Positions 43,003 to 64,000 of a stretch of DNA of 64,000 nucleotides are shown here, in pieces (positions within the stretch are counted from its first letter, which is position 1; each line of letters starts with the position of its first letter). The stretch comes from the human T2T-CHM13v2.0 reference genome, Homo sapiens. A model generated the notes under the pieces. The model worked only from the letters and a program-made list of their open reading frames with translations, made no database searches and had not been told where the DNA came from. The DNA lies in NCBI RefSeq assembly GCF_009914755.1, contig NC_060945.1; one strand, 5' to 3'. The position numbers and the translations under genes are program-made.

Positions 43003-43185
<183 letters not shown>

Positions 43186-43882
43186 TAGCTAGACATAATA
43201 AAAGTAATTCTATACTGTACATTGAAAATTGTAAAACATTTTCTCTTTACTGCAAAAAATATATAGAAAGAATGTTTTCTTCATGAACTACATGAATCAA
43301 AAGTAGACTTTTTAGAAAATATTTGTAACGCTTAACTCTCAAGTCGGTGTTGTTGGATGCTTTATATTTCATCCAGTATCCCTATAATTAATTTCCTTAA
43401 TGTATTGCTCTTTAACATTTAATAAAACTATTTTAAATTTTTAGAATATAATCCTTAACATAATTATCATGTAGAAATCACTTAGTTCAATTGTGAGTTT
43501 TTTAATGTGGGAATTGGTTTAGTCTCATTTTCTATTTTACAGTTTCTAGTGTTGACCGGTAGAGGCTTAGTCACAGAATATCTATTAAATTTTGCTAGTT
43601 GTATGGTGTAAAAGTGCTGAAGGATACTTGCATGTTTGGCCTGTATGTCAATATTGTATTTCTCCCTGAGGATCTCTTACTTCAGTTCCCACGCCAATCT
43701 TTAAATGTAAATGTCATTGCCTATGGTTGCTGTGGACTCAGTGCTACCAGAAATATTTTTAAGAGTATTATTTAATAGATTTTATATTTCCTTTCATATG
43801 GCTAGTCTTTCACACAGCTGTCAGCACTGTTAAGGCATTTGTATGTCAAAATATATGCTAAATATCACGTATATCTTTTTAG

Positions 43883-44028
43883 GAAATACCTCTAAAATTT
43901 GGCTTATAGTTGGAATTTGTATTGCATTATTTGCTCTCCCGTTTGTCATTTATGCTGCGAAAGTCTTCTTGAGATGCATCAATTATGTCTTCTTTCCATC
44001 ACTTAAACCTTCTTCCAGTATAGATGAG
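43883..44028 (+). CDS. IFNAR1: IFNAR1 exon 10 (transmembrane [21 protein letters not shown] and juxtamembrane CINYVFF)
   Basis: TTTTTAG| acceptor, GAG|GTATG donor, 146 nt, hydrophobic TM segment. Confidence 0.97.
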
Positions 44029-44283
44029 GTATGTTACTTTTTTTATTTTTTTGTCAACAGCTAGGAAATGAACAGAAAATGTGTTTGATTTCAACAGGAT
44101 ATATGTAGGTTTTCTTGATATCCAGAAAATAATAGAGACTGATTTGGGTATCTTCTTCAAAGCTTTAGTCAATTAACTTTAAAAACAGTAATTTCATGTA
44201 ATAACATAGCATGAGATAGTAATGATTGTCCTTAATTTCATATTTTTCTGGCAATTCCTAGATTCACTGTGGCATTTGTTTTA

Positions 44284-44707
<424 letters not shown>

Positions 44708-45560
44708 TATATATCCAGAAGACTAAAATATTCTATCAGCGTAGAAAGTATATTCTATGGATGAAATCATACAAAATGAAATAACTAAAAACATGAGACT
44801 TTTTTTATGACACACATCACAGTTTTTTGTTTGGCACTTCTATGAAGCTAGCATATTAAATGAAAGCACTGAATGGTGAAGGCCTAAACATAGAATCTGT
44901 TCCTGGGAAACCATGTGCTCATCTAGGGTGGGTTTTGTGAATTTGAGCAAGTCACTAAGGGCAGGTAAGCAAGTACCCTTGGCTGTAAACCACCCCATAG
45001 AGGTGTTAGGAGCAAAGGAGTTAAACCATAAGAACCTTACCACTCTAAAAATGCTCCGTAAATATTAACAATTTTACTATTATACCCCTGAGTTTTTAAA
45101 TGTCATTCCTGTGTACTGTAATATTCATAGCTATTATTTAAAATAGACTTAAAAACTAGTTACAATAGCTAATAATTTCTCAATTGTGCTGCTTCTGGAT
45201 ATATATGTGTTGGATACAAACATTTTTATTATTTCAAAAAAAAAAAGTCATGATCCCAGAGTCCGCCCGCTCCTGTCCTTTCCCGTGTTCTTCCCCGCCT
45301 ACCCCGATGGCACAGTGTACCTTTCTTAGGTACTCTTCAAAGACTCACCACAGAAGGTACTAAGATATGAGTGACCTCACTAATGATGCTTTTAAACATT
45401 ATAAGGCAATTAGTATGTTCTTAGGCGACTTTTTAATATGCATGCCAGAAGATAGGTTTTCTCAGTAATGGATGTAAGAAACTAAAGCTATTACAACTAG
45501 AAAAGGAATTTTTATTATTTTAAATAATTGATTTCTACTCTTTCCCTTTTTTTAAATTAG

Positions 45561-45794
45561 TATTTCTCTGAACAGCCATTGAAGAATCTTCTGCTTTCAA
45601 CTTCTGAGGAACAAATCGAAAAATGTTTCATAATTGAAAATATAAGCACAATTGCTACAGTAGAAGAAACTAATCAAACTGATGAAGATCATAAAAAATA
45701 CAGTTCCCAAACTAGCCAAGATTCAGGAAATTATTCTAATGAAGATGAAAGCGAAAGTAAAACAAGTGAAGAACTACAGCAGGACTTTGTATGA
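45561..45794 (+). CDS. IFNAR1: IFNAR1 exon 11 coding part (cytoplasmic tail with DSGNYS beta-TrCP phosphodegron, ends QQDFV*)
   Basis: AATTAG| acceptor; TGA at 45792-45794; all exons sum to 1674 nt. Confidence 0.97.
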   Translation, partial: YFSEQPLKNLLLSTSEEQIEKCFIIENISTIATVEETNQTDEDHKKYSSQTSQDSGNYSNEDESESKTSEELQQDFV

Positions 45795-45979
45795 CCAGAA
45801 ATGAACTGTGTCAAGTATAAGGTTTTTCAGCAGGAGTTACACTGGGAGCCTGAGGTCCTCACCTTCCTCTCAGTAACTACAGAGAGGACGTTTCCCTGTT
45901 TAGGGAAAGAAAAAACATCTTCAGATCATAGGTCCTAAAAATACGGGCAAGCTCTTAACTATTTAAAAATGAAATTACA

Positions 45980-46292
<313 letters not shown>

Positions 46293-46768
46293 CTACATTC
46301 TTTTCCATGTGTAAAATCATGAAAAAGCCTGTCACCGGACTTGCATTGGATGAGATGAGTCAGACCAAAACAGTGGCCACCCGTCTTCCTCCTGTGAGCC
46401 TAAGTGCAGCCGTGCTAGCTGCGCACCGTGGCTAAGGATGACGTCTGTGTTCCTGTCCATCACTGATGCTGCTGGCTACTGCATGTGCCACACCTGTCTG
46501 TTCGCCATTCCTAACATTCTGTTTCATTCTTCCTCGGGAGATATTTCAAACATTTGGTCTTTTCTTTTAACACTGAGGGTAGGCCCTTAGGAAATTTATT
46601 TAGGAAAGTCTGAACACGTTATCACTTGGTTTTCTGGAAAGTAGCTTACCCTAGAAAACAGCTGCAAATGCCAGAAAGATGATCCCTAAAAATGTTGAGG
46701 GACTTCTGTTCATTCATCCCGAGAACATTGGCTTCCACATCACAGTATCTACCCTTACATGGTTTAGG

Positions 46769-46774
46769 ATTAAA
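46769..46774 (+). terminator. Proximal poly(A) signal ATTAAA
   Basis: About 975 nt after the stop; would give a ~2.7 kb mRNA, the classical IFNAR1 size as recalled. Confidence 0.55.
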
Positions 46775-47774
46775 GCCAGGCAATCTTTTACTATGCATTA
46801 AGACCTCTGATTCAAAACTTATTAGAACAGTAGCTTCTGCTGGAATTTGCAATCACTGAAGTCATAGAAAATAGGTAACTATCTAATTAGAGAAATAATT
46901 GTTGTATTTTAAGATCTGAGAGTGTGTACAAGTTTTAGTATACATGCCATGCCAGAAGATAGTGTATGCAAGAAGTCTTGGGACCAGAAAATGGCAATGA
47001 TAGGAGACTGACATAGAAGAAGAATGCTTCCCTAGGAAAAAGGTCGCTGGCTTTGGTGCAAGAGGAAGAAGAATGTTCCACTGGAAGCCTGAGCACCTAA
47101 TCAGCTCTCAGTGATCAACCCACTCTTGTTATGGGTGGTCTCTGTCACTTTGAATGCCAGGCTGGCTTCTCGTCTAGCAGTATTCAGATACCCCTTCTGC
47201 TCAGCCTGCTTGGCGTTAAAATACAAATCATTGAACTGAGGGGGAAAAATGTAACTAGGAAGAAAAACCCAATTTAAGAAATTACATAATGCTTTCCAAA
47301 GGCACCTACAACTTAGTTTTAAATTACTTGCTACTGGGGATTACCCATGGATATCCTTAATAGGCAGGAAGTCTGGGAATTCTGGTGGCCTCTAGGGCAG
47401 TGTTCTCACAGCACCGTTCCGACAGGGACCAGTGAAAGAAAAGAGACAAAGTTAGAACGTGCTGGGGAGCGGCCATTTCTAAGGCCAGTCTGGTTTAAGT
47501 AGTCATTTCTGCTGAAAAAACAGATGATCCTGGTGGAAGAAAAGGTTGAAGGCAGCTGCCCTCGGGAGGGCTGTGATGCTCGGCACATCCTGCCTGGCAC
47601 ATACACGTGTCTGCAGGCCACACCGTGCATGTCCCCAGACCTGCCGCCTGGCTTCTGGAGTGCTTCAAGCAGAGCATGGTGGGTCATTGAGGAGACCCAG
47701 GAATCTCATCTGAGAACCCACTCTCTGCCGGAGAACCCCATGGTGACACATTTTCATCTTTCTGACCAGAGGCT

Positions 47775-48077
47775 GTTTTTTTTTTTTTTTGAGACAGTCT
47801 CATTCTGTTGCCCAGGCTGGAGTGCAGTGGCTTGATCTCGGCTCACTGCAACCTCGCCTCCCGGGTTCAAGCAATTCTCTGCCGCAGCCTCCAGAGTAGC
47901 TGGGATAACAGGTGCCCACCACCACACCCCACTAATTTTTGTATTTGTATTTTTAGTAGAGATGGGGTTTCACCATGTTGGTCAGGCTGGTCTTGGACTC
48001 CTGACCTCATGCTCCACCCGCTTCGGCCTCCCAAAGTTCTGGGATTACAGGTGTGAGCCACCGTGCACGGCCGGCCT
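47775..48077 (-). mobile_element. Antisense Alu in the 3'UTR
   Basis: Alu consensus, reverse. Confidence 0.92.
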
Positions 48078-48961
48078 GACCTTTGGAAAAGCCTTGTCAC
48101 TTTGGACGTTTGCGTCTTTGAAGAGGCGATGGGAGCATATCATGACTGCCTGCCACCATTGCTTTTCAGACTACCACAACTCAATCATGCTGTCCAGGAC
48201 TTCTGGCCCTGTGTTCACCACTGGGAAAACGTACTTCAGACTGGATAGCCTAAAAAGGAGCAATGCCCTTGTAGGATGTGGAGAAGGGAAAATACGGACA
48301 TTAACATTAAAAGACACCAGTGAAATTGTTAGGTCTCTAGGAAGTTGGAGCACAAGGCTTCACGCTTTAAGACCATCTGTGGTTTTCAGTGAACAAGCGC
48401 TGAGCACCAGCAGCAGAAAACAACAACAAAAAAACACCTCGTTTTTACCTTGTCTTCTAGACATGAAAAGGCAGTTGCATTCCACTCTGCATTATGTTCT
48501 ACATGTTGCTTTATCAGTATATGCTTAGCTGTAAGTGACAAGTATTTTTTCTGAACAGAAGTTTACTTAGAAATACCATGCACTTGGGGGTACCAATTAA
48601 CCGCCTGAAAATTAGCATATTGATAGTTCTTAGAGAGACCAGATATAATCTAAGAATTTATATGAAAGATTTGTATCATTAGAGCCAGAAATAATTTTAT
48701 ATTAATATATAATACAGATTAACATTATATATAATATGTACCTGTGTCACTTCTGACATGAGCCTGTAAACATATATTCATATATGTACCTGCACATGTA
48801 CCCACCTGATGTAGGTCTTATTCCTTTAGTATGGACTTAAAGTACTTATTCATATACCTTGTAACTAAAAATTAGAACAGCTCCCTAGAATTATGAACTT
48901 TTAAGAGTCTGACTAGAAATTTGCAACTTATAAAAAAGTTACTTTTAAAAATATAAGTTAG

Positions 48962-49085
48962 GGCTAGGCACAGTGGCTCATGCCTATAATCTCAGCACTT
49001 TTGGGAGGCCAAGACAGGAGGATCACTTCAGGCCAGGAGTTCAAGATCAACCAACCTGGGTAACATGGCCAGACCCCATCTCTAT
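48962..49085 (+). mobile_element. Alu monomer (FLAM-like) in the 3'UTR
   Basis: Left-arm Alu sequence with a (TA)n tail. Confidence 0.8.
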
Positions 49086-50037
49086 TTATATATATATATA
49101 TAAAACTTAGAGTTTTTATCTTCCCCTAAAAGAGGCCGTGATATTTGCAGCAGCCTCAAATTGCTCTTAAGGGGTTTAGGTGTGCAGAAGCTTTCCTTTC
49201 CCTACCCAGTAACCATGTGACTACTAACGTGGTATATTGATTTATTTTGTTTGCTGTCTGTCTCCCCTGCCCCACTGCTGGAACAGAGGCTCCAAGAAAA
49301 CAGGGACCTTATTATTCATTACTGCATCCCCAGTAATGAAAGTACTTAGAAAATAATTATTGAATGAATGAAATCTAAACTGTGAACCTGAGGGTGTTTG
49401 TGGCAGTGTTTGTTTTACTGAATTGTAGAAGGACATAACCGTGTTTTCAGTGTTTCTATGGAACAAACTTGTACATTTTATTTCACTTGTGTTTTGTCTT
49501 AAACCCTACTGCTGGAAACAATTTTATGTAATAAGCAATGGGCCCAAAAGTCTAGGAGTTTTTTTGTACTTAGTGAATTTGTATGCAACAGAGATGCTGC
49601 AGCTGATGCCTTTAAAAGGTATTCATCATGGAAGAGCTGAGGCCTGTGCTTGGTGTTCCAGAGCCCAGGGTTGAGCATCCTGAAGGAGCCACTGCAGCCG
49701 TCACTGTCCCCAGAGCCTGTGGAGATAGAGCCTGTTTGCTGCTTTTTCTTCCCGCTCTTAAGACATGGCTGGAGCTCAGTCTTCATTGAATGAAGTTTGC
49801 TGTGGTATTGCATAGCCTTGCTTTCTTGAACTAAACTGTTTGCCCTTCACAAGTAGTTCTTCTTTCAGGATTAGTTCGTTCCAAGGAGGCTCTTCAGTCT
49901 CACAGATAAGTAGATCTCTCCTGCTGTCTGGACACATTTCACTCGGAAATTGAATACAATTTGTATTCAGGCTGGGAACCTGAACACACACTTGTGTTTT
50001 TAAGCTTCCCTTTTTTACAGTGGACAAGGACACAAAT

Positions 50038-50047
50038 AATAAATAAA
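50038..50047 (+). terminator. Distal poly(A) signals (overlapping AATAAA x2)
   Basis: AATAAATAAA; would give a ~6 kb mRNA. Confidence 0.65.
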
Positions 50048-50335
50048 TCATCCCTAATGCCCAAGAAATGCCCTGGTACTTAGTAATAACAAAATACCAG
50101 TAACTTCCAGTTGTTTCTCACTACCTTTTTTCTTGAGTAGGATGATAATAGAATTACAACTCTTGAGGGCAACATAAATATAGGTGGATATTTGTGGTAT
50201 GATATTGATGGAAAAATAGCAATCTTTTTCTTTACCTGAGGGGAACAAAGGCAAGAGGAGAATTCGATAGTTCTCATAACAAAGGATTTCTGAGTTTTCC
50301 TCCCCTTTCTGTGATCTGTCTCCACTTGGAACTCA

Positions 50336-50728
<393 letters not shown>

Positions 50729-51908
50729 TCACAGTGACTCACCACCCTTGAGCCTCCCTCCCAGATTTTCTGGATACATCAAAGTTAAGAAGAAAAACCT
50801 ATTTTCCTATCTTTCCAGTAAAAGGACCCTTTTTTCTAAACATAGTCCTTAAATATATAATAGGCTTTTTGTGTACTTGACTCTGTTGTCTATTCCCAAA
50901 TTTTATAATACTTTTAATATTCTGGAATTGTACTTAGAGAGATTATTCTAAATGTTGTAGTATAAAAGTACATCATCCACTCTGAAATCTCCCTAAAAGA
51001 ACTCCACTGCATACACGTGGAGAAGTCATCATGCCCCATCTGTGTCTGTACCTGCGGGTGTGTCTAGCATGCTCCCTAGGGAAGGGATTTTATACCATTT
51101 GCTTATATTTATTTGGCAAGCTCCATGAAAACAAGGACTGTTTTTTAACTTTGTGGCTGACACTTGGTTGCCTAAGTGTTTAACGGTGATTGAGCGGGGA
51201 CGTTGACGGTACAAACACTGATTGAATTTACCACTGGAGGGCAACAAGTCACCCTGTTCAGGCTGACAATCGGTTACTATTCAATAATTCCATTCCCAGA
51301 AGATACGCCAAGTATGTTTATACAGGTGGTTTCTTAAAGTTCTGTTTGTGATTATCTCGTCTTGAGCAAATGAGGAAAGGATGTGAAGAATCTGGTGTCC
51401 CCATGATCTCACCCAGAAATGGTTTGGTAGTTACAAAGCAAGATAGAGCAGTTGAGCAAATACTTAGCCCATCTAGTCCTCTACCACTACCACCTTCGCC
51501 TTTTAATGAGCAGGACTTTGTAGTAAGCGAGTTGTTGAAAAGGAGCTCCACATACTTAGTAACAGCCTCGGAGCGGATGGAAAGAAGTAGGCATTGCTGC
51601 AGAGCTGAGATGAACCTGCAAGGAGACAGCCTTGGCCCCAGGGAATGATCACTGCACTGCGCCCCCTACTGGCCTGGCTGAGATGACTAGCTGTGATTCC
51701 CTCCTTAGTCTCACCTGTTGAAGATGGCGCAGAACAGTTACAGCCATGATCAAAAAAGATAATTAATACTTTAGTGTCTCCTGCCCTATCCGCCCCCAGG
51801 GAGAGGCCAGACCATTCAGGGTGCCAGCTGGAGGTTATAAGGGTGGAGTGTGGAGACAGTGTTTCGTGTCACTACTTCCTTTTTTTTTTTTTTTTTTTTT
51901 TTTTTTGA

Positions 51909-52013
<105 letters not shown>

Positions 52014-52074
52014 TGAATAGCTGGGATTACAGGCGCCTGCCACCACGCCCAACTAATTTTTCTATTTTTAGTAG

Positions 52075-53200
52075 AGAGCTTCCTGATAGCTGAACATGCA
52101 GAGGCTGCTGGGAAGGGCATAGAATCTCTGCAGTCCTTCTCACATACCTTATCCTATGTATCTCTTCATCTGTATCCTTTGTAATAGCCTTCATAATAAA
52201 CCGGTAAACATAAGTTAGTGTTTCCTCTAGTTCTGTTAGGCAATCTAGCAAATCAGTTGAACACAAGGAGGGGGCCATGGGACCCTCAATTTATAGTCAT
52301 TCAGTCATAACAGGTAAAACCTGGGGCTTGCAATTGGCATCGGAAATAAGGGGGCAGTCTTGTGGGAATGAGCTCTCAACCTGTGAGATTGAAGCAGCAT
52401 GGTTGTCTGGGGTAATACGTGTGGTTTGTTGCCCCACGCCAAGGAAATCGAGGATGGGGACACAAAAGGAGTGGGTTCAAGAGCGGAAGTTTAGCAGGCA
52501 AAAGAAAGAAGAGACCTTCCCTGTGCAGAGGAAGGAGTCCCGAACAGGTTTCCGGGTTTACAGCGAGATGCGGTTGCTTTTATAGATGAGCTTGAGGAAG
52601 CGGTGTCTTATTTACGTAGGGCACAGAGGATTGGTTGGACCAGGTGTTCCATTTACATAGCACAGGAAGAGGCTGGCCATCCCACCCTCATCTGTTATTA
52701 TGCAAATGGCACCTCTACCTAGCCCAGGCCTTGTTGCCTGCTTTTTTACTGCACACGTGGCAACAAAGAAAAGGGAAAAGGGAACTTCAATATTGAATAT
52801 ACCTGACTTCCAAGTATCCCTTTCCTATTGGCACAGCTGCTGGCATTCGCCTATGCAAGCTTCCAGTTTGCTTATCTATGTTTGCAGCTTGAGTTTTCAG
52901 GCTCTTTTTGTTAGAAAAGAAATGATTTGGGGCTTCTTTTTATTAAAAGGCAAACCTTACTGAGGACTCTTTTATCCTCACTAACTGCCTAAATAAATTT
53001 TGTTTAGGTGTTGTATCAGGATCTGATGCTATCTCCAGGTAGACAGTGTCAGAATTAAATAGGAGGATACCCAACCAGTGTCTGCTGCAGAATTGATTGC
53101 CTTCTTGTTAATGGGGAGAAATCACTACGCATTTGGTCACAGAAGTCTTCTGTGTTTATTGTTGTGGCATGAGAGCAGAGGAAAAACGGTTTGAGATTTT
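52075..53200. mobile_element. MER21-like LTR with a second ERV LTR nested at ~52390-53018
   Basis: ttgcaattggcatcggaa and gacagtgtcagaatt motifs flank a TG...CA insert. Confidence 0.55.
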
Positions 53201-53480
53201 TCCCCTCAAAAACATAGGGGAAATCTTCATGATATTGGACTTGGCAATGATTTATTGGCTATGACACCAAAAGCACAGACAACAAAAACAAAAGTAGACA
53301 AATGGGACTACATCAAACTTAAAAACTTCTGCATATAAAAGGAAATAATCAATGGAAAAGACAACCTTTGGAATTGGAAAAATTATTTGCAAAATATTTG
53401 CTTTGATAGATTAGCAGATAAAATGTGGTGTTCACATGCCACGGAATATTATTCAGCCTTTAAAAAGAAGGAAATTCTGA

Positions 53481-53806
<326 letters not shown>

Positions 53807-54396
53807 CTACAACATAGGTGAAGCTTGAGGACATTATGTATGCTATGTGAAATAGGCCAGCAACAAAAATATAAATACCATGTGATTCTACTTACATGAG
53901 GTTTCTAAAGCAATCTAATTTCTAGAGACAGAAATTAGACCGATGATTGCTGGCGGCTCAAGGAAGGGGAAAATGGAGAGTTGTTCAGTGGCTATAAAGC
54001 TTCAGTTTTTCAAGATGAAAAAGTTCTGAAAATAGGTAATACTACTGAATTGTACGTGTAAAATGGTTAAGATAGTAATTTTTTTTTTTTTAAGAGACAG
54101 GGTTTCACTCTGTTGTCCAGACTGGCCTCAAACTTCTATCTCAAGCGATCCTTCCGCCTCAGCATCTGGAGTAGCTGGGACTATAGGTGTGCACCACCAC
54201 ACCCAGCTTTAAAAAGGTCACTATTTTACTTATTTATTTTTAATTAGGGCAGACTTAACAGTAAGTGATTCATCCTTGGTTTCTGATACATTATTTCCTC
54301 CTTTTTCTAAAGGAAGTCTGCTCTCTGCCATTATTTTATCTGCCCAGAATACAAGTATAGTAACGTCTTATTACAAGCTATACAAATCCTTTTTCA

Positions 54397-54761
<365 letters not shown>

Positions 54762-56068
54762 TCAGTGAAGAAATGTGAACACCAAGGTTTAGACTGAGAA
54801 GTAGGGCAGGGAGATTGGATGGAGGTAAACTTTAAACATTTCATGTCTTAATTTCTGCTTGTTTACCCCCAAGAGAATTTTATAAATCCATTTATTTCTT
54901 CATGTTTTAATTAACATCTAAAATATTTCCTGACACGTTTAAATAGTTGCAAAAGAAATACTTTACAGTAAGTTGTAAATATTCACATTTTAAAATAAAC
55001 TTGCTTTATCGCTCTTATAAATGCATTCAATGGAATCTCCTATCAAAGCAATTTGATACCCATCATTGTCTACTTTGAAATTACAGAAACTCGGCCAGAC
55101 ATGGCGGCTCACTCCTGTAATCCCAGCACTTTGGGAGGCCGAGGCGAGAGGATTGTTTGAGTCCAAGAGTTCAAAACCATCCTGGACAACATAGTGAGAC
55201 GACCTTGTCTCTACAAAAAAATGAACAGAATTAGCCAGGTGTGGTGGTGTGTGCCTGCAATTCTAGCTACTTGGGAAGCTGAGGTAGGAGGATCTCTTGA
55301 GCCCTGGAGGTCAAGGTATAGTGAGCCAACATTGTGCCACTGCACTCCAGCCTGGGCAACAGAGCAAGACCCTGTCTCAGAAATATTTTTTAAAAAATTT
55401 TTTTAAAAAGAAACTCCAGAAACTGTTCTTTATGGGTTCTGAAACTTTACACCATTTCCTTTCCTCCTTGAATTCATATTCTTATTCCCACAAAAGTTCA
55501 TCTTCATGCAGTAGATTTATTGATCATCTATCGTATATCTTTGCAACAAAAAAGTATATAAATTGATATATTTCTTTTTATATGATCATAGTCTCTGAAT
55601 GTTAAAAAGAAAAAAATCTGGTTGGGTGCGGTGGCTCATGCTTGTAATCCCAGCACTTTGGGAGGCCGAGGTGGGTGGATCACGAGGTCAGTAGTTCAAG
55701 ACCAGCCTGGCCAAATGGTGAAACCCCGTCTCTACTAAAAATACAAAAATTAGCTGGGCACGGTGGCAGGAGCCTGTAATCCCAGCTACTCAGGAGGCTG
55801 AGGCAGAAGAATCACTTGAACCCTGGTGACAGAGGTTGCAGTGAGCCAAGATCAAGCCACTGCACTCTAGCCTGGGGGACAGAGTGAGACTCCATCTCAA
55901 GAAAAAAAAGAAAGAAAGAAAAATAGCTTTTCTGGATTATTATTGCAATTATTAGTATACAGTTGATCAAATATTTCATAACCTTTGATAAATAATTTTT
56001 CAGCATAAAAAGTCCAATTTCACTGGAAATGCATCTCTTTTATTTATTTACTTATTTATTTATTTTGA

Positions 56069-56269
<201 letters not shown>

Positions 56270-56632
56270 TGAACTCCTGGCCTCAAGTGATCTGCCTGCC
56301 TCAGCCTCCCAAAGTGCTGGGATTACAGGCATGATCCACCACACCCTGCCTGGAAATACATCTCTTAATTAACTGGATGGAGCTTCTTCCCTCTTCCTTC
56401 AATGCCTGCAGGTGTCACAGATGAACATGCCTTCTTGCCACATGGAGACAGGACCTAGTGCCTCTGCTGCTCCTGTTTTCCATGTTTTGGGGTGAGGCTT
56501 TGTGATGGGCTTGGAAGGAATCCCAAAGTGTCACCTCCACTCGAGTCTTTGGATTCTTTCTGATTTATAGGTCAAAAGCTATTTAGTGAACATTTATCAA
56601 AAATTATCTCTATCTAGTTGCTGAGCATGATA

Positions 56633-57286
<654 letters not shown>

Positions 57287-57493
57287 TCACTTGAGCCCAG
57301 GAGGTGCATGTTGCAATGAGCCAAGATCAAGCAACTGCATTCCAGCCTGAGTGACAGATTGAGACCCTGTCTCAAACAAAAAGAAAAAGAAAAGAAAAGA
57401 AAAAACCCAGCAGCTAACATTATAAAAACAGAAACTGCCAAACATTATACATCTCCTGATGGACAGATCAGGAGTAGTCTTGAAAAAACCCAT

Positions 57494-57961
57494 TGTTAGG
57501 AATGATAAATTCCTCTTCAAAGGGTTTAATTGTGTAAAGTTCTTGCTCTTTGTTCAGAAGCCCAACCTCCTTGTACTCTCATTTCTAGCCTGCAAACAAC
57601 TCTTCCGCTCTGATTGTGCCCTGACATGCCCAGACATGTTCAGACATGCCTTGTACTCTAACAGACAAACTACTCCTACCCCATCCTTCTCTTAACTGCA
57701 CGTTTGCCATATTTAGAGAAAGTTTAAGTCTTATCCAGTTGGGTTAGTTTAGATTGTGCGGTCCAACTCCAACCAATGGGGAAAGGACACAGGAACAGAA
57801 GCTGCATGCGGGGTAAAAACCCTTCTCTCCTTTGTTCGGTGTGCTCTTGCAAGCAGATGGACACAGGCAGCACTCTTCTGCAGAAGTAAATGTGCCTTGC
57901 TGAGAAATTTTCTGTCTAAGTGCTGGTTTTTCTTTGCAGCACTGAGTGCTTGTTTCTAACA
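57494..57961 (+). mobile_element. ERV1 solo LTR
   Basis: TG...CA termini with 4-bp TSD CCAT. Confidence 0.7.
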
Positions 57962-57981
57962 CCATCCTGACCTGGCCTTAG

Positions 57982-58524
<543 letters not shown>

Positions 58525-58557
58525 TGAGAGAGAAAGAGGAAGTTACATTTATGAGAC

Positions 58558-59573
<1,016 letters not shown>

Positions 59574-60229
59574 TGAGGGCTTCCTATGTTGCCCAGGCTG
59601 GTCTCGAACACCTGACCTCACCTCATTATGTGATTATGTGCCAGGACAATAGGCCTGAGCCACTGCACCTCCCACAATTTTTGTAATATGAATTACTAAC
59701 TTATTTTGTGCCAGCTAATAATATTATGGTAATCTTGTGCTTTAAATAAGATGCGTCTGAAATGTTTATAGATGAAGTAAGATAATATTTGAAATTTACT
59801 TCAAATGAACACTGGAGGAAAGGTACAGAAATGCAGGGCAGTGCAATGGGTGTAATGCACTGTGCACAAGGGAAGGCCTTATTCCCCCACCTGCTGAAGC
59901 ATTGCCAAGAGACAGCCTGGCTCTGTCAGTATCTTCAAGAAGCACCTCACTGAGGAGTACCAGCCTGTGCTGAGCCCTTGTCTGTGACAGCCCACATCCA
60001 GTGTCTTCTCCATCAGGGCTTGCCCCACTGGGTCAGCTCCCAGGTCCATCCCCTAGAACTCACTCTTCCCAGCCCTGCTTCCTTCTCTCCCTTGCACAGA
60101 TTTGATCCTGGGAGCACTCCCTATTCAACTTCCTGCAAGCTAACCTGGATCTCAGAGCCTGCTTCCAGGGAACTCATCCTGTACAAGTTGAAAGAAAACT
60201 AGCCGTGAATGGATAATTCTTAAAGCTGA

Positions 60230-60822
60230 GTGTGATAGGTAGAATTCAAAGATGGTCCCCAAGGTCCCTACCTCTGATATAAACACCCTGTATCATCCCC
60301 AGTACTGTCTGGCAATAGATTTTACTCCTGTAACTAGCTTCTTTGGCACAGTTGACCGCTAGCCGGGGAGAGGAGTATTCTGGTGGGCCTGACCTAAATC
60401 ACATGAGCCCTCCAAAAGCAGAGTTTTCTCTGGCTCCTCCCAGACAGCAATTCAAAGCACAGGGATTCAACAGGCTGCTGATGGCTTTAAGGTGGAGGGA
60501 GCCACAGTGCATGGGATGCAAGTGGCTGGTAGCAGCTGGGGCAGCCACTGTGGGCGGTCAGCATGGAAACAGGGTCCTAGGTCCTGCAGCCGCAAGGAAT
60601 GGAATTCTGCCAACAGGAGCAGACTTCAAGAATTCTCCCCCACAGAGCCTTCAGATGAGAACACAGCCCAGCCGACACCTTGACTTCAACCTTACAATAT
60701 GCTGAGCAGAGAGCCTAGCCATGCTGGACTTCTGACCACAGGGTGTGAGCTAATCCATGAATATTGTTCTAAGCTGCTAAGTGTGTAGGAATTTGTTGCA
60801 CAGCAACAGAAACCTAATATAC
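60230..60822 (+). mobile_element. MaLR (MLT1-like) LTR
   Basis: tgtgataggtagaattcaaagatggtccccaa...cagcaacagaaacctaata. Confidence 0.65.
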
Positions 60823-60889
60823 TAGGTGACAGGCACAGAGAGGTTCATAACCCTAGTCTATTTCTGTACAAGTCTGAAACTTTCCATAG

Positions 60890-63739
<2,850 letters not shown>

Positions 63740-64000
63740 TCAGGCCAGGAAATGAAGACTTGAAGGAATCCATAATCCCTGATTCAGGGAGGCACCTCTC
63801 CCTCCCTCTGATCTCAAGGTGCGTGGGCATCTACCAGGGTGAGAGATTTGCCTGAGGGCACTGTGATTCTGAAGAGGTTGGCCTGGCTCCTTAGCAGACA
63901 GGAGGCCCTTCAAGGCCCTGAGTTCATTCCTGTGGGTTCCAAGCATGGCCCCAGCATGGCAGCATTAACAAGTGACTGCCTGGGTAGGAATTCCCTTCCT

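Overview
Primate (almost certainly human chr21) genomic DNA carrying the complete IFNAR1 gene on the + strand. Its 11 coding exons run 15300-45794, have GT-AG boundaries and sum to 1674 nt (557 aa + stop). A CpG-island promoter and a long 3'UTR with proximal and distal poly(A) signals are present. About 1 kb upstream of the ATG is a ~6.15 kb compound (GGAA[TA]n) tandem array. It replaces an Alu poly-A tail and is bracketed by a perfect 22-bp inverted repeat. Intron 1 holds a processed USF1 pseudogene fragment that appears to derive from an alternatively spliced USF1 mRNA, plus nested L1s, ERV1 LTRs and local templated duplications. The rest is dense Alu/L1/LTR/DNA-transposon sequence. Repeat family names come from recalled consensus motifs, not a search, and most repeat boundaries are approximate.
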